A stretch of 64,000 nt of DNA. Source: Podarcis cretensis. Its lineage: Eukaryota. The translations under genes and the position numbers were made by a program. Location: assembly GCA_951804945.1 (NCBI GenBank), contig OX638164.1, positions 41,664,001 to 41,728,000 on the forward strand, read 5' to 3'. Each line of letters begins with the position of its first letter. Positions within the stretch are counted from its first letter, which is position 1. The notes beneath the pieces are model-generated. The model was not told where the DNA came from, did not search any database, and worked only from the letters and a program-made list of their open reading frames with translations. This document shows positions 25,566 to 39,800 of this stretch, one piece after another.

Positions 25566-25962
25566 GGGCTGTTTCCAATGTAGTGCTGTGTTAATGACAT
25601 TTAGTGGTATATTGGTTCTGCTGGTGAAATGGCTCATACCAGCGGAACGTTGTTGCACAAGTAAATGCATAAGCAGGTTGCTAGTAACTTAGTTGCACGA
25701 TGGATTGTGCAATCTGTGGTGCGACATGCTTCTGCTAGTGCTGCTGTTGCACTGGATTCCTCTGTTATACCACATTAAAACTTGCCCTTTTGTTAGCAAG
25801 CAGAGAACACTGAATTCAGCCCCTAAAGGTTGCAGTCCTATACCCACTTACCTGGGACTAAGCCCCATTGAGCTCAATGGGACTTACATTTAGGATTGGA
25901 CTGAAATGTTCTTCCTGAGCTTCCCCCTCCCTTGCCCCTTGCTCCTGTGTATAGGTTAGCAT

Positions 25963-26108
25963 CACAGACGTAACCAGGATTTTTGTGGTGGGCAGGACTT
26001 GGGGGGGGGGGGCAGGACCAATGTGATTGGTCAGGTAGTTAAGTATTTCTATTGTTTACTTGATCTAGGGGGGGTAACTGCCCCCCTGCCCCCTTGGCTA
26101 TGCCCATA
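25963..26108. mobile_element. hAT-type MITE
   Basis: 8-bp TSD GTTAGCAT at 25955-25962 and 26109-26116; degenerate TIRs. Confidence 0.6.
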
Positions 26109-27449
26109 GTTAGCATGCTCCACTTCATGCATTAAAAGTGTGGATATTCCTGGATGCACACTTACAGACAAATGAGTATGTATATCTTACCTATCTGGTA
26201 ACTTTTAACCTGCTTTCTAGTCCCCCTTTTCATTTTTGCTGCAACTTTTAACCAATTCATCAATTAGCTTTGATTAAATTAAATTGACAATCTTCTGGTG
26301 TGTGTGTGTGTGTGTGTGTGCGCACGCCAGCAGATTAACTGGGTAGTAGGTATTTAATTTTTTAATAAAAAATTTGCAATACAATTACTTAATGAAATCT
26401 GAGGGTTGCAGGCACCATATTCCATCCTTCTGCTACACACCTGGGGTGGGGTAGGGAGATTGCATCTTCTAAGCAGGTTTACATTGTAACACAGGTATTT
26501 TCGTGATCTAAAATCAATTTCTTCTTCAAGCATGAGTTTGTTTATTCATATGCAGATGTATGCAGCTTTAATACAGCAAATATTATGAATTGACTCATAG
26601 CACAATCTTATTTGTACATACTTGGACATTAAACTCACTGTGTTCATTGGGGCTTATTCCATACCATGTGCATTTAAGATGGCAGCATATGATTTCTTTA
26701 ACTGGGTGAAAGTCCTAGTTGGCACATGACAGTGCAAATTGGCAGTGATCTTTATGTTAAAGCTGCAATCCTATGCACACTTCCCTGTTAGTAAAAGTAC
26801 AATGGCTGTACCCAGTGTTAGTCTTGCTCAGAGAAGACCTGATGTAATTGATGGACCTAGCTAACTTGGGTTCATCAAATTAAGTCAGTTTATTCCGAGT
26901 AGAACTTAGCTGGATACATCCCAATGAAAGTTACTTCTGAGTAAAAATGGATATTCTTAGAGTGAAGTTGGTATTTTCTTCAGCTGAGAAACATGAGACC
27001 AATCTTGATCTTAGTCTGACTCCATTGTCCAAGGGTTTCAGGTTTTTTTTAGTCTAGCAGTGCTTGACCATATGTGTTTTCTCTAGTACTTAAAACTGCT
27101 AGGTGTTGTGCAAAAATTAAAATTAAAGAGGGCCCTTACAATTTTTCTCTAGATTCTAAAGAGATCACAATTGATCTCAATACGTATATGGCATTTCAAA
27201 TGCTGACATGCTTTTTCTTTCTATTTAAGCCCCCCCCCCCAAATCACATGAACTCTGTTGAAAGTTGTGTTCATGTTCTTCATAATCAGAAAGCTGGTAT
27301 ATCAATGAAATTGTGGAAAGAATGCATCCAAAAGGATAAGAGTGGCTTTGTATGTGTGAAAACAATAGGAATTGTTGCATGCGTTTTCTCCATGTTGGTC
27401 TTCAAATATTTTTCATTATGGACATGCACAAGCATGTTTATTTTGGAAA

Positions 27450-27620
27450 GTGCCATAGCTCAGTGGTGGAACATTATTTTGCAAGCAGAAAATCCCAGGT
27501 TCAGTTCCTGGCATCTCCAGGTAGGGTTAGGCAGGTCCCCTGTCTGAAACCCTGGAAAGCCAGTTAGTCAGTAAACAGTAGGCGGTTTAGAGATACATAG
27601 GCAAATGGTCTAACTCTTAT
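27450..27620 (+). mobile_element. tRNA-derived SINE (Squam3-like)
   Basis: A-box TAGCTCAGTGG and B-box-like GGTTCAGTTCC head; related copies near 1062 and 50520. Confidence 0.6.
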
Positions 27621-27806
27621 GTCTCTAAGTCTGTGTGCTCTTTATCAGACCATGTGGCTGTAAGCAAGTCTGAATATGAAGGCTGTATTTTTGTCAGTCT
27701 TATGCCATTGATAAATGTTTTACAAAGTACAGAAGGGCGGATCTTAACTGAAAGAAGTTTACAATCTAAAATCCTCTGTGCAGAAAACAGATGTAATTGT
27801 TCTTGT

Positions 27807-27808
<2 letters not shown>

Positions 27809-27878
<70 letters not shown>
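27809..27878. repeat. Compound (TC)n(AC)n microsatellite
   Basis: Direct reading. Confidence 0.95.
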
Positions 27879-27879
<1 letters not shown>

Positions 27880-30800
27880 ACATTGTGTACTATCTTGCTT
27901 GGCAAAGACTTTGGAAACTTTAAAAGCTTGCCACAGTCTTGTGTCACTTTGGTTGATCCTAATGAAAGTATTTCCTAACTTTGGTTTTGAGGTTTAAAAC
28001 TGTGCCAGGATTGCGTTCATGGCATGGTATTAATATCTGAGCATGATCAGTGCACATAAAATTCTTAGGATAGCAGTACAAGAATGTTCCTTTGTGCAAG
28101 GAGAAATCCTCACACTGACAAAATGTTCACTTTAGTGCTACATTGAGTACAACCCAAAGTGCATCAAATTTATATGTGCTAAATACAGTTGACACAATCC
28201 AGCCACAATGGAGCACATTTAACTCACATTGATTTTAAGGGAAGAGTTAAGCATGTGTTTAAATCCCTTCTACTGAAATAAATTGGATTTAAAGGCAATT
28301 AACTTTTGCTAGGTCATACCAAGTAAAAGTAAGCCAAGTTTCATTAGCTAAATATGCTTGGTCATCACAAATATGGGAGGGGGAGGTAATTTTATACAAA
28401 ATTTAGTGACAGAGTACAACTTGACATTAATATGACGTTATAATTAATTGTTGATTATCTCAAGCACAGTGTTCCATTTTGTGAGACAAAACTCATGCTT
28501 AATTTGTGTGACTGTGCGGGTAAACATAGCATCTTTTTGTGTGAAATCTTTTTCCTTATCAGAGAATAACACTGTATTCTGGTCATCAGTTAGGAATGAG
28601 ATGTTCAGTGTGTACTTTACTTTTGGACTTCAAAAGAAGTTTTACAAATAGGAAAGCATTTCCTGTGAAATGCTTTAACACAAGAAAAAGGGGGTAATCT
28701 GACATTTTATAGATTCTTCTCGCAAGGGTTATAACATATCATAAATGGAGGCTAGCGTTTTCCCCACATTGCCATATCACTGCTCATATATTACATGAAT
28801 ATGCAGGCAGAATTCTTGGGCTCTTATGCCTTGGCTTATACATCAAATGCTTTGTATTAATTGTGATGGCAAAAAAGGCTCTCTGGTTATAAAATAATTA
28901 TTTGTTAACATGTAACCACCTTGCTTGATAGATTAACTGAGGAAGAATGAGAATTCTCTGATGTCCTTTCAATGTAATGCGTGGATTAGTGAACCAAATC
29001 AAGAGCTCTCTATAAAAACCTTAATCGGGTAATTTGAGCAGAAGTCTTTATGTAGACATAACTTTTATAAATTGGATTTTTTAAAAAAGAAAACAACAAA
29101 ATGAGCATAAGGATGTATTTCACGTGGAATAAGGTTTGATATAACCTATTGAAGCTTAGTTAATTTTGACACTTTTATTTTAAGCCCAATAATCAGATCT
29201 CACTGTGAGCTGCTTAAGAAGCAGCATCAATTTTTAAAGCTCCTAGTTTAGCCTGCATTAGTAACAGTATATCAAAATTTAATGTACTGTACTAGCCTTG
29301 CCGTTCAAGTGGATGCCCATTGTCTTTGAGTGACAGGCCTTGCTTTTCAGCCTCAGTCAGAAGATAAACATCTTTCTGGTTTGTCATATGGAACTGCACG
29401 ACTATTCAGCTCAAATACAGACAAGTGTATCCAGCATCCCCTACATCTTTCTCCGAGTGACAGATGCGAGCTTAGCAGGGATGTTGTCTAAATATTTATG
29501 CAGATGCAATGATGTGTCACTGGTAGAAGAAGGGGAAATCTCTGTTTCACAATAATTAGTGTACTTGTTTAGTACTTGGAGGGTGGAGTCAAGCTGTTGG
29601 TGTTGACACCTTAAAATCTTTAAAGTGTGCTCTGTGAAGCTTCATTGATTTAAATGAAACTTCTACAGAATATAGTTCCGATGGGAGAAGTTAGACACAT
29701 AAGCCATCGATCCTCTTAGCTGAATACAAACGTATGCAAAATCTTTGCTCATATGATGGATAAAAATAAGGCATTTCCCCTTCTGGAATAATCCTGCCTC
29801 CCCACTCCCCAGTCTTGCCAACTATTCACTAAGAGGAAAACTGTTTTGTTTTGCTGTTGCCAGAAAGCCCCAGTGCCCTTGATGCTCAGGGGGGTGAAAA
29901 GGTATTATAATGTGAACAGAAGTAGTCTCGGGGCCTACAGCTGGCTAATAACAGAGTTGCATTGAGTGCAAGCGAGACCCACAGCTGTGACTTTCGCCAC
30001 AAGGCCCAGACTAGACAGCAGCAGACATAATCAGCTGAGCCAGGCGGCCAGTGAGCCTAGGTCTTTATCGGCCAGATGGTGTGAATTTAGACACTTTTGT
30101 TATGCAATGCCAGGGAGGAGTTGGGGAGACGAAAACAAAACAAAGGCCACCATGCTGGGTGCTTATTTGAGTTTGAAATTAGAGACAGATTTTTTTTTCT
30201 TTTTGGTGAAAGTTGAGGGCTGAATTTTAAAACCATTTTGGAAGGGGGAGGGGAAAGACATAAGCCCTTCTTTGAAATGGGCAGCTTTCTGGGGCATCCA
30301 GTTTCTTCCAAGGCTATGTTTCATCAAGAGCGCTGTTTGTGTGTATATCCCCAGCATGCAACTATCCTCACTACTGATGTGCTAAACTAGATGTCACACT
30401 AGTCCTATAGTTAAGAAGAATATATATTTTAGAAGTAAATAGAAGGTGTTTTGTGTGTGAGAGAGAGAATGAGAGTGTCTCATCTGGATTGGGACCCCGG
30501 TGGAATAGGACTATTTTTCCTTTGCCTCAGTACCAGTTGCAAGCAGCCCCCCATGCCAGCTGTTTGCATTAGGGTGGCTGCATGTGCATCACTATAAAAG
30601 GAAAAATGCATCAACCCACACACTCCAAAAAGGAGGCAACAGGGAAACAGGCATTTATGTATTGATTTATATGTACTGTATAGGCATGCATTTAGAAAAC
30701 TTTCTGCAATTTAAAACCAAAGCGCAATACACCTCAGACAGTGACCTAGTGTGTTTTCTGGGTGCTAACTATGGACCGACAACTTTCATGCACAAATTCT

Positions 30801-31358
30801 GCTCTCTTATTGTTCCTTATCTCTCAACTGGGATTGGGCCCAACATGCTTTCAAATAAAAGACTCCTCCAAAGAGAGGAATGTCCACTGTAAAGTAGGAC
30901 ACTCCCCCCCCCCCCGTTTGCATTGACAGGAAAGCTCCCATTGGAACCACTCATCTTTTTAAAACAGGATGTATTTTGCAATATGGGGGCTCTTGCACCT
31001 CAAACAACATATGGCTACTTGCTAGCCCAAATTGATTTTGCCTGATTTTGCGAGTGGAAGTTCCACAAGTGATGTTAATGCCTTTTAAAAATCAACAGTT
31101 ATGCTGCCCAGTTTTCCATTTCTTGGCTTAGAAATATGAGTCTCCAAGTAGGACGTGGAACAAAATGTTGCAGTGTGAAAGAGTGCTACTGTTCAGGGTT
31201 CCAACCAGCCAGTTCTGCTCTTTGCAAGGTGTGGGGAACCTTTGACTCTTCAAATATAACTCCCATGAGCCCCAGCAAGCAATAGATGATGAGAGTTGCA
31301 GTTCAGAAACATCTGGAGGGCCAAAGTTCCCCACACCTGCTTGTTGTCATTCATGTGT

Positions 31359-31500
31359 GGATAGCTCAGTTGGCTGAGCATAAGACTCCTACAGTAATCT
31401 CAGGGTCGTGGGTTCAAGCCCCAACTTGGGCAAACGATTCTTGCATTGCAGGGGGTTGGACCAAATGGTGTTTGTGGTCCCTTCCAATTCTACGATTCTG
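31359..31500 (+). mobile_element. tRNA-derived SINE with CR1-derived tail
   Basis: TAGCTCAGTTGG...GGTTCAAGCCC head; tail GGTCCCTTCCAATTCTACGATTCT. Confidence 0.65.
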
Positions 31501-31511
31501 CAATTCCATTA

Positions 31512-31869
31512 GGGATGTGGGTGATGCTGTGGGTTAAACCACACAGCCTAGGACTTGCCAATCAGAAGGTCAGAGGTTCGAATCCCCGTGATGGGGTGAG
31601 CTCCCATTGCTCGGTCCCTGCTCCTGCCAACCTAGCAGTTCGAAAGCATGTCAAAGTACAAGTAGATAAATAGGTCCCGCTCCAGTGGGAAGGTAAACGG
31701 TGTTTCCGTGCGCTGCTCTGGTTCGCCAGAAGTGGCTTAGTCATGCTGACCACATGACCCGGAAGCTGTACGCCGGCTCCCTTGGCCAATAAAGCGAGAT
31801 GAGCGCTGCAACCCCAGAGTCAGTCACGACTGGACCTAATGGTCAGGGGTCCCTTTACCTTTACCTTTT
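31512..31869 (+). mobile_element. Sauria SINE (full length)
   Basis: tRNA-like head (GGTTCGAATCC), (ACCTTT)n tail, TSD CAATTCCATT at 31501-31510 and 31871-31880. Confidence 0.9.
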
Positions 31870-32946
31870 ACAATTCCATTCCTCTTCCTCCTAACTTCCT
31901 GCTTCTGTCCTCCCCACCCCAACAATCGTAGGTCAGCATTCCATGCTGCAGCAAGGTTTCACTTCTCATTCCACCCCTGCATTTTGAGCCCATAACAGTT
32001 CTTTCTTGTCATATACACAGTGGCAGCTCATTGGAATAGGTGGGGCAGAAAGCAAGGAGGCCAACAGTAGGGGGTCAGAGCAAAGGGTTCATGAATATCA
32101 AGCCAATGATAGGTGGAGCCAACAAATTCTGGTTTTGTCCCCACCCTCTTCCCTACTGCATTCTAAAATGGCAATGTCAAGATTCATGAGAAAGAGGAAA
32201 CTGATGGACTTTGCTACTTGCTAAACTCGCTGTGAAGAATGAGGTGGGCAGGTGGGGCCTGGCTGAGGACACCCTGAGTTGGGAAGGCAGTGCCCCACTT
32301 GCCCCAATGGACTAGCCTCCACTGCTTTACCACTATGCATATGGAAACCTACAGTGTGTGGTGGGGAAGCCATTTAGAGTGGAGAAGCAGTGGCAGGGCT
32401 CTCCTACTGCCCTGCTCTACCCCCAATTGTTTTGCTTGTTCAAGAAAAGAGTTGGTAAAACTTCCCCAGCACTGAGTTTCAGCTTGCAGTAACCCTTTCT
32501 CAAACTTATTGGAATGAGAGGCATTTTTGCTTTTCAGAATATTCCTTCTGAGTACGGTGCACTGATGCCAGCAAGCTTTCTTCCTTCCAAAAGTTCCCAT
32601 TGCAAGCAGATGAGACAGATGGCTTTCACTTTGCATCTGGATTCTCTTAGCGTCCTTTGCTTGATCATGTGGTTTACCACAAGGGGCAGCGGATCATAGA
32701 CCAGGAACTTATATACACCTTCACCCGCTTCTAGCCCCGACTGCTCCTATTGATTGCAGACCCTAAAATATTAAAGTACGTCTTATGCTATCAAAGGAAC
32801 ACAGAAAGCTGTCATATCACTTGAGATCATTCAGTATTTCAGCACTGCCTACAGCTTGAGGGCTGCATTCTGTTCTGGGCAAGCTTTGAGGGGCCAGGGA
32901 TGAGCAGGACCAAAGGTAGCAGTGGCTGGGGCAATTAAATTCATGA

Positions 32947-33158
32947 GAGCCAGTGTGGTGTAGTGGTTAGAGCATTAGACTAGGATTTGGGAGACCAGGG
33001 TTCAAATCCCCACTCAGCCATGACCTTGGGCCAGTCACTCACTCTTAGCTTAACCTATGTCACAAAGTTGTTGTGAGGATAAAATGGGGAGGAGAACTAT
33101 ATCACTCCACCTTGAGCTCCTTGGAGCAAAGGTAGGAGGTAGCAATAACTAAATAAAT
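32947..33158 (+). mobile_element. MIR/CORE-like SINE
   Basis: GTGGTGTAGTGGTTAGAGC...GGGTTCAAATCCC...TGACCTTGGGC...GTTGTTGTGAGGATAAAATG; reverse copies near 63310-63520 and 3980-4170. Confidence 0.7.
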
Positions 33159-34194
33159 TTTACCTTTTTACAGTAGGTTTGTTCACACACATTCTCTTCT
33201 CTATCCTAAGTCCAGATGAGCAAGAGGCTTTGTCAGAATTCAATGATATATTCCAGCCAGTCAAAAACACTCAAATCTTCTTACATTGTTCTCCTGCATA
33301 GGAGCTCCTGTGTCAGGTTCTTGATATTCTCATCCTGTTTTTTGCAGTTTCAGGCAGAAAACAAAAAGGATCTTCAAGCTTCAGTTTGGCCACCATTCAT
33401 GCTTTGCAGTTGTGTCCAGCTTGCTGGGCTACACTTGTGCAAGCTGCCCTGTGGGGTACATCTTGCACGCCACTTTGTGGCTGTGATTTAGTTACATTGT
33501 GCTCGATTTCATCTGAGACTCTAAAAATATACATGCAACCTAACTATTTATATCCTTGAAAGTGGATCAAAATTTTATTGCCCATTCAGCAGACATATAA
33601 AGTTATAATATTTTACCAGTGGGAAATGAGCCAGCCACTCAGTGGCATTAAAAATTACTTGAAGGCCTGGGCTGTTGTGTATTTATCATGACATTATTAA
33701 AAAGTTGGGAAGGTGCAATTGCAAGGCTGGCCCCTGGTTTGAGAGGGGCTCTGGTGTGGACTGGAGATGGTGGGCAGCCATTTTCCCCAATGACCTAGAA
33801 GCAGTGGTTGTTTCTGCCTGACTGGAATGTGTCTTTGAACTCTGATAATGCCTCTTGCTTGCCTGGAAGGAGCACAAAGCAAGACATGCGAGGGAATGTA
33901 GAAACTAGACTACTGTGCAGAGGTAAATTTGACATTTGTTATTCCACCCACATTTGCTTTTGGCCTTGTCTGCCATTGGCATGTGACTCCCAGAACGTTG
34001 TCCCAAAAGGAATGTAACCATCATGCTGTGAAAGGTTTCCCACTCTGGGCTCAGATGTTTGGAGAAGGCAGGGCAGTGTATGATGAAGACAAGGAGAAGG
34101 ACCAAGGGGAGTCAGGAGCATGGCAGTGGGGCCCCCGACAGAAGGGGGGCCCAATGATACCTGCCTCTGGTGCCCACCTTGTTATACTTAGTGA

Positions 34195-34302
<108 letters not shown>

Positions 34303-35754
34303 TAGGAAATAAAAGTTAAGTTTTTAAAAAGCAACAAAAACAAAGAGCAAGATTTTTTTTTTAAATCATGTGCAACTGGATGAGGTGGAGAATCTTGATG
34401 CAAGTATCTGCTTAACTGTTGATGTTAGTACTGTACTATTTTTGGGGGGGGGGAGGCTCTCAAAATTTCTTGGCCTTCTTTGATGGAATGTCTGTTTTTT
34501 TTAAAAAATATATATAATGTCTTCTGTTTGCTTATCTAAGCTTGGCTAAGTATTCATTGTGTGGCAGCATGCTTGATGTTGTCTGTTTGGTGAGGGATGG
34601 ACTCCTGCTGGATACATAGAACAGAGATAGCATTTCAGGTCCCGCTTGCTGCTTCATTAACATTCCTTTATAAAATAATGATGTTGCAGGCACATTCTTG
34701 TGGAAAAAGCATTAGCCAAGTTTGAAATGCCTGCAATTGGAATTACTATAAACTTTTCTGCAGATGGTTGCATTTCCACATTTGCTTTGTCTCAAGAGTT
34801 GTTTCTTTCTGAGCCAGAGTCAAAAAGTGTGTACCCTTTTGTATCCTGATTGCAATTTGGGGCCTCTAATGAAAAATTGGTAGTAAACAAACAGGGTTTG
34901 AAGTTGGCTGATATATTGGTGAAATTAACAGTCACTTTTTTTGGAAGAGAATGAGCTCATGGATAAGCTTTTGTGTGTGTGTGTCTGGTGGTGCCTGTTG
35001 CTTCGGAGGTCTTGTATATGGTTGAAAGAGACACTCTGTGCATCAGTACAGATCATTAAGTTGAATATGACCGCTGTAGGTGGAAGCTGTTAGAAGTGTA
35101 TGTGTGTGTCGTGGACTGAACCCCTCAACACAACACAGACAATCACCCACATGAATGCATTTATTACAATTTCCCTGAAATTACTCATGTTGCTCCAGAG
35201 GACAATGTTTGGAAATTGCAAGGAAGCAGAATTCAGCTACATGTTGAGTTAAGGGCTATTTGGCAATAAAACAGACTGCCTCAGGAGGTGGTGGCTTCTC
35301 CTTTTCTGAAGGTATGTAATGCAGCTAGCCCTGCCATTAGACAAAGTGAGGCAACTGCATCAGGCGGCAGATGCTGGAGGGCGGCAGTGGCAGCATCCTG
35401 GCTGTTCCCCATAAACCTCACACCGCCAGTCACCTGCCTCTGTGTAAACTAATCTGCTGCCTCAGATGCAATGGGTGATGCTCATCACTGTCCTCTGTTA
35501 CTAGTGCTGAAGTTAGATTCAGTTGCTAGTCTGGTTGGCTTCTGTGCATGAAATAGGAAGGGGCTGCCATCTTGTCCTCCACCTCAGGCAGAAAAATGTA
35601 TTGGACCTGTTCTGGTATTTAAGCAGAGGTTAAGCAGAGGTTAGCTACCTGTGAAGAATGCTGCGAAAGTAAGAGTCCTGCCCTGTGCAGGGCGTGCCCT
35701 GTGACCTTCAAGTTCCATCTATTGTTGGGCTACTTAAGTACAGCAAATTTCATG

Positions 35755-35821
35755 TATTATTATTATTATTATTATTATTAGTTGCTGTTGTTTTGTTGTT
35801 GTTGTTGTTGTTTGTTGTTGT
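35755..35821. repeat. Compound (TTA)n/(TTG)n microsatellite
   Basis: Direct reading. Confidence 0.9.
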
Positions 35822-36825
35822 GAGTAGACTGATGGTTCACAATGTGATCTGGAACATCTCTATTACTTCTCTATTACTTCTCTTTCTCCTCTGAAACAAT
35901 ACAAGAGTTGGAAGCAGGTATGTGTGTGTTTTACATGTACAGAATGTATGTATGTGATTAGTTAAAAGGGTACAGTTCCATTTCCTCCAGACATACTGGT
36001 GAGCAAAATTACATGATTGCAAAGTTCTGTTCTGCAAGGTGGAGGGCAAGGGCGGCCTGTTCTGTTTCAGTGTCTTACCACAGTCTCATGGCTGCAGCAT
36101 ATGGCAAGATCTCACAAATCTCTTGAAAGAACTTGTGGAAGTCTCATGAGCTCTCACTGGAAGCCATTGCCACTGCACAAACCTGGTGGCAGCAGGGGTG
36201 GGCAGCATGCCTGCAGAGGCACTTCCTGCAAGATTCTGCCACCTGAGGCAGGCTCCGTCACTCCGCCTCATGGGCCCCAGTAAAGGGAATGGTTGGGCAT
36301 GACTTAAGACTTTTAAATAAATCTTATAGCACAGCCCTATACAAGTCTATTAATAAGTAAGTCACACTGAACTCAACAGACCTTACTCCCAGGTAGCTGG
36401 CTATAGAATTGCAGCCCTCGTCTATTAAATGTATGAGATTTATTAATTGTTATTAATTCTCATTAATAAGGAAATAATTTTGAAGGGGGGGGTAAGAAAA
36501 CTTGTTTGATTTGTTTCTGGATGATAAATGTTAGTTGCATTAGGAACTGTCTTAGAAGCATTTCCTCCTGTGAGAGAGTTAAGGATAGCACTTTTCATCT
36601 GCTACTTTTAAAAAGTAAAAAACAACAACAAACTTTATGGTGCCTGGTTATTATTATTATTTTGGGAGGTGCTTTTTAGTAAAAAAAAGAATCAGTCAAG
36701 AGGTTTGATCAACAGAATGTGAAAATCATACCTGGAATTGCTGCAGGAATTCTGTGAAACGATAGCATTTGGGGCAATGCATCATGCTACTTTCAAAGGT
36801 TTCTCTAAAGCATGTTTAATGCCGA

Positions 36826-36829
36826 ATTA

Positions 36830-36866
<37 letters not shown>
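36826..36866. repeat. (ATT)n microsatellite
   Basis: Direct reading. Confidence 0.95.
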
Positions 36867-36867
<1 letters not shown>

Positions 36868-39800
36868 TGCAAAAAGCAACTATGCAGAGCTCCCATGCAG
36901 ATTGAAAGTGTGGCACATGTGGAAGAAGGGGTTAATTTCCTCTCTGTGCCTTTTTCCTGCCAGAAACTGCTTCTTCCTCCAGCATCTGTTTGTCCCTGAA
37001 GATGTCAGATTTTCATTAATCAGCACCTTCCAATGACAACAGAAATGAGAGGGGTGGAGTATGAGTTGCACTGGGAAGATGATACGTAAAAGAAAAGGGT
37101 CAGTCCTATTCTTCCCACACACAACAGTCCTGATCTGGCCACCTGTCTTCCATGCAGTGGTCTGCTTTCCACCAGTCTTTTCTGAAGTGATCCAGTTTTC
37201 ATCTCTCTCTTGCAGATTTGTTGTGTAATCAGCAGATCTCACATGCTTTGTATCCAATCTCTTTCCATCAGTTCATCAGCCCACATCTATTACATCTAAG
37301 TGTCAAGGGGTTATGGGTTAATTTCTTACAGAAACAGCCTAGGTCTCCACCATTCCAGTAAGATAGTTAAGAGTTTAATATATAGCTCGAATTTTGCAAT
37401 TTGTACAAACTCATGCAATTCCCCCAAAATTGTTGCATTTTGACATAGTTCTGCCAGAGACATAAGCAAATCACCTCCCTAAACATCCCTTCCAATGGAG
37501 CTCATCTCACCAGTCATATGTATGCCAAACTGTGCTTTGGGGGCAAAATGGCAATTTTTACAAAAATTATAGAAATATAAAATTATTAAGAATTTATTAA
37601 AATAAATGGCTATCTATTCAACATATGACTTTTCAGTGATGGACTAATCACGCATACATTTACATAGTTCTAAAGAAAAAAAGACTCTTACCTTGGCTGC
37701 AAACACACCATACATTTAAAATACACAGATTTCCCCAAAGAATCATGGGAACTGTAGTATACCCCTCACAGAGCTACAATTCCCAACTACAGTTCCCAGG
37801 ATTCTCTGGGGGAAGCCATGTGCTCTAAATTTATTTATACCCACCTACCAACCAAAGTTCTCAAGGCAGCTTATAGTATATAATCAGATAACAGTTAAAA
37901 TAAATGGTGCTGCAATAGTCACTGCAGCTGAGCAACAATGTAGGGAAGTCCTCACTCCTTTTGTTCTTCAGCATCCCAGCAAATGCCCTTCTGCAGCTGA
38001 GTTTCCTGGCTGTTGCAGAGGCTAGATGTTAGTCCCACACAGGCCAGGATGCCCTCCCTGAGTGGCTGCTACTGATGTGTCTCATAGTCCTGGCTGTGGT
38101 GACAGATGCAGGAAGTGCTGGGTGGGTGTGATGTGCCTCCTTCCCAGCTTTCAGCTGTTCCAACAATTTAGGGCGTTGTGGTTCAGCATTGTGCTGCTGG
38201 CACATTTATATTCAGCCCCTTTCCTAATGATCCCTCGCATGTGGCATCTGCCCTTTCCACATTTTCTTTGAGCTGCCCCCCTCCCCACAAAAAGATCCCT
38301 TTTCCAGCTCAGGTATAGTGTGCACACAGCCTTTGTTTTTAGATGATGCATCCAGGAGTTGCTACTTGACACCATTACTTAACAGTATGTATTTATTTAC
38401 AGAGAAGAGGCATTCCACCTAATTTCAAGGGTGCATGCCTCTTTTAACGTGACTCCTGTATTAAAAACCACATGATCCTTAAATTGACCGGAGCATTTTT
38501 TAATGCATGCCAATCAGTGTGTGCTTTAATTTTTTTATTTTAAGTCTGCAATCCAGTGCACATGGAATCAACAACAAGCTCCATTTAAAACAATCAGACT
38601 TATTTTTGAGTAGCCATTGCACTACTGATCAAGGCTGCAATCTTACCCATATTTACTTGGAAGCAAGTCCCTTTGAATTCAGCAAGGCTTACCTCTGAGT
38701 TAATTTGCATAGGTCAGGGCCGCAGATATAAAAGGATACTGAATGGATGTTGGTAGACAAAATGACAGCACAAGTTATTTTATTAACTGACATGAAAAGT
38801 TTTCTTGGAAATAAAACTTGGTAGAACTTGGGGGGAATTTGCTGTCAGGGCGTGGGATGATTATTGCTTTAAAAATCTTGGGGAAAATAACAAAAAGCCA
38901 TTTGTGTGAGATCGTTGTAGAAAGGTCCACACTGAGTTGATGTGTAAGGTAATGGCTTTTAAGGAAATGTACTTGGGTGTGATGAAACTAGCAAAATTGA
39001 GTTTGGGAAGCCTTTCTTATGCGATGGAACAGAACTAAACTAGAAGAAATGGCACGGTTAACTTTGTTATAAGAATTTATAAATCAATGGAAGACTTTGA
39101 AATAAACTTTAAACTCTCCCTCTCCCTCTGTGCTCTCTCTGAGTGAGAGATCTCAGTTCTGTCAGTTCTTGTTCATTAAGTATTTGCATGTTTGTTTGAT
39201 TTAAATGAAGTAAAGGAAACTGGGGGAAATGAATGGGTACCAAGATAGTGATGAGGTATCCTGTCAATATGGTTCTTAAAACCTATCAGTTTGTTCCAGT
39301 CCTTCTTCCAAAGAGTTCACAGTGATAAGTTTCTCACAATGTTCCTGTGAGGTAGGTCAGACTGTTTCAAGACTGGAGAAATGTTCTCTCTAGTCTTTGG
39401 TCACACCCATTCCATACATTTAAAGCACATGACTTTCCCTAAAGAACTCTGGGAATTGTAGTTTTTTTCAGGGCGCTAGGAATGGTAGGCCTGTGAGGGG
39501 TAAACCACAGTTCCCAGGAGTCTTTTGGGGAGTCACATGCTTTAAATGAGGCATCCCAGCCTGAAACCCTGGAGAACTAATGCCAGTCAGTGTAGAGTAT
39601 GCAATGCTGAGCTAGATGGACCCAATGATCTGACTTTGTATAAGGCAGCTTCCTACATCTCTTGTATTGAACAAAGCTTCTTTCCAGAATCTCTCTTTTT
39701 AAAAAGAAGGAGAGACATATCTACTGCTTCTTCTAGTTTGCCCCCACGGCACTTGCTAAATCCCACTACAGAGAGCTGTCCAGTTCTGTAAGGCAGTGAC

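Noticed and set aside
31359-31432. tRNA gene
   Set aside because: Degenerate tRNA-derived SINE head joined to a CR1 tail; no intact cloverleaf (same for 43875-43925)
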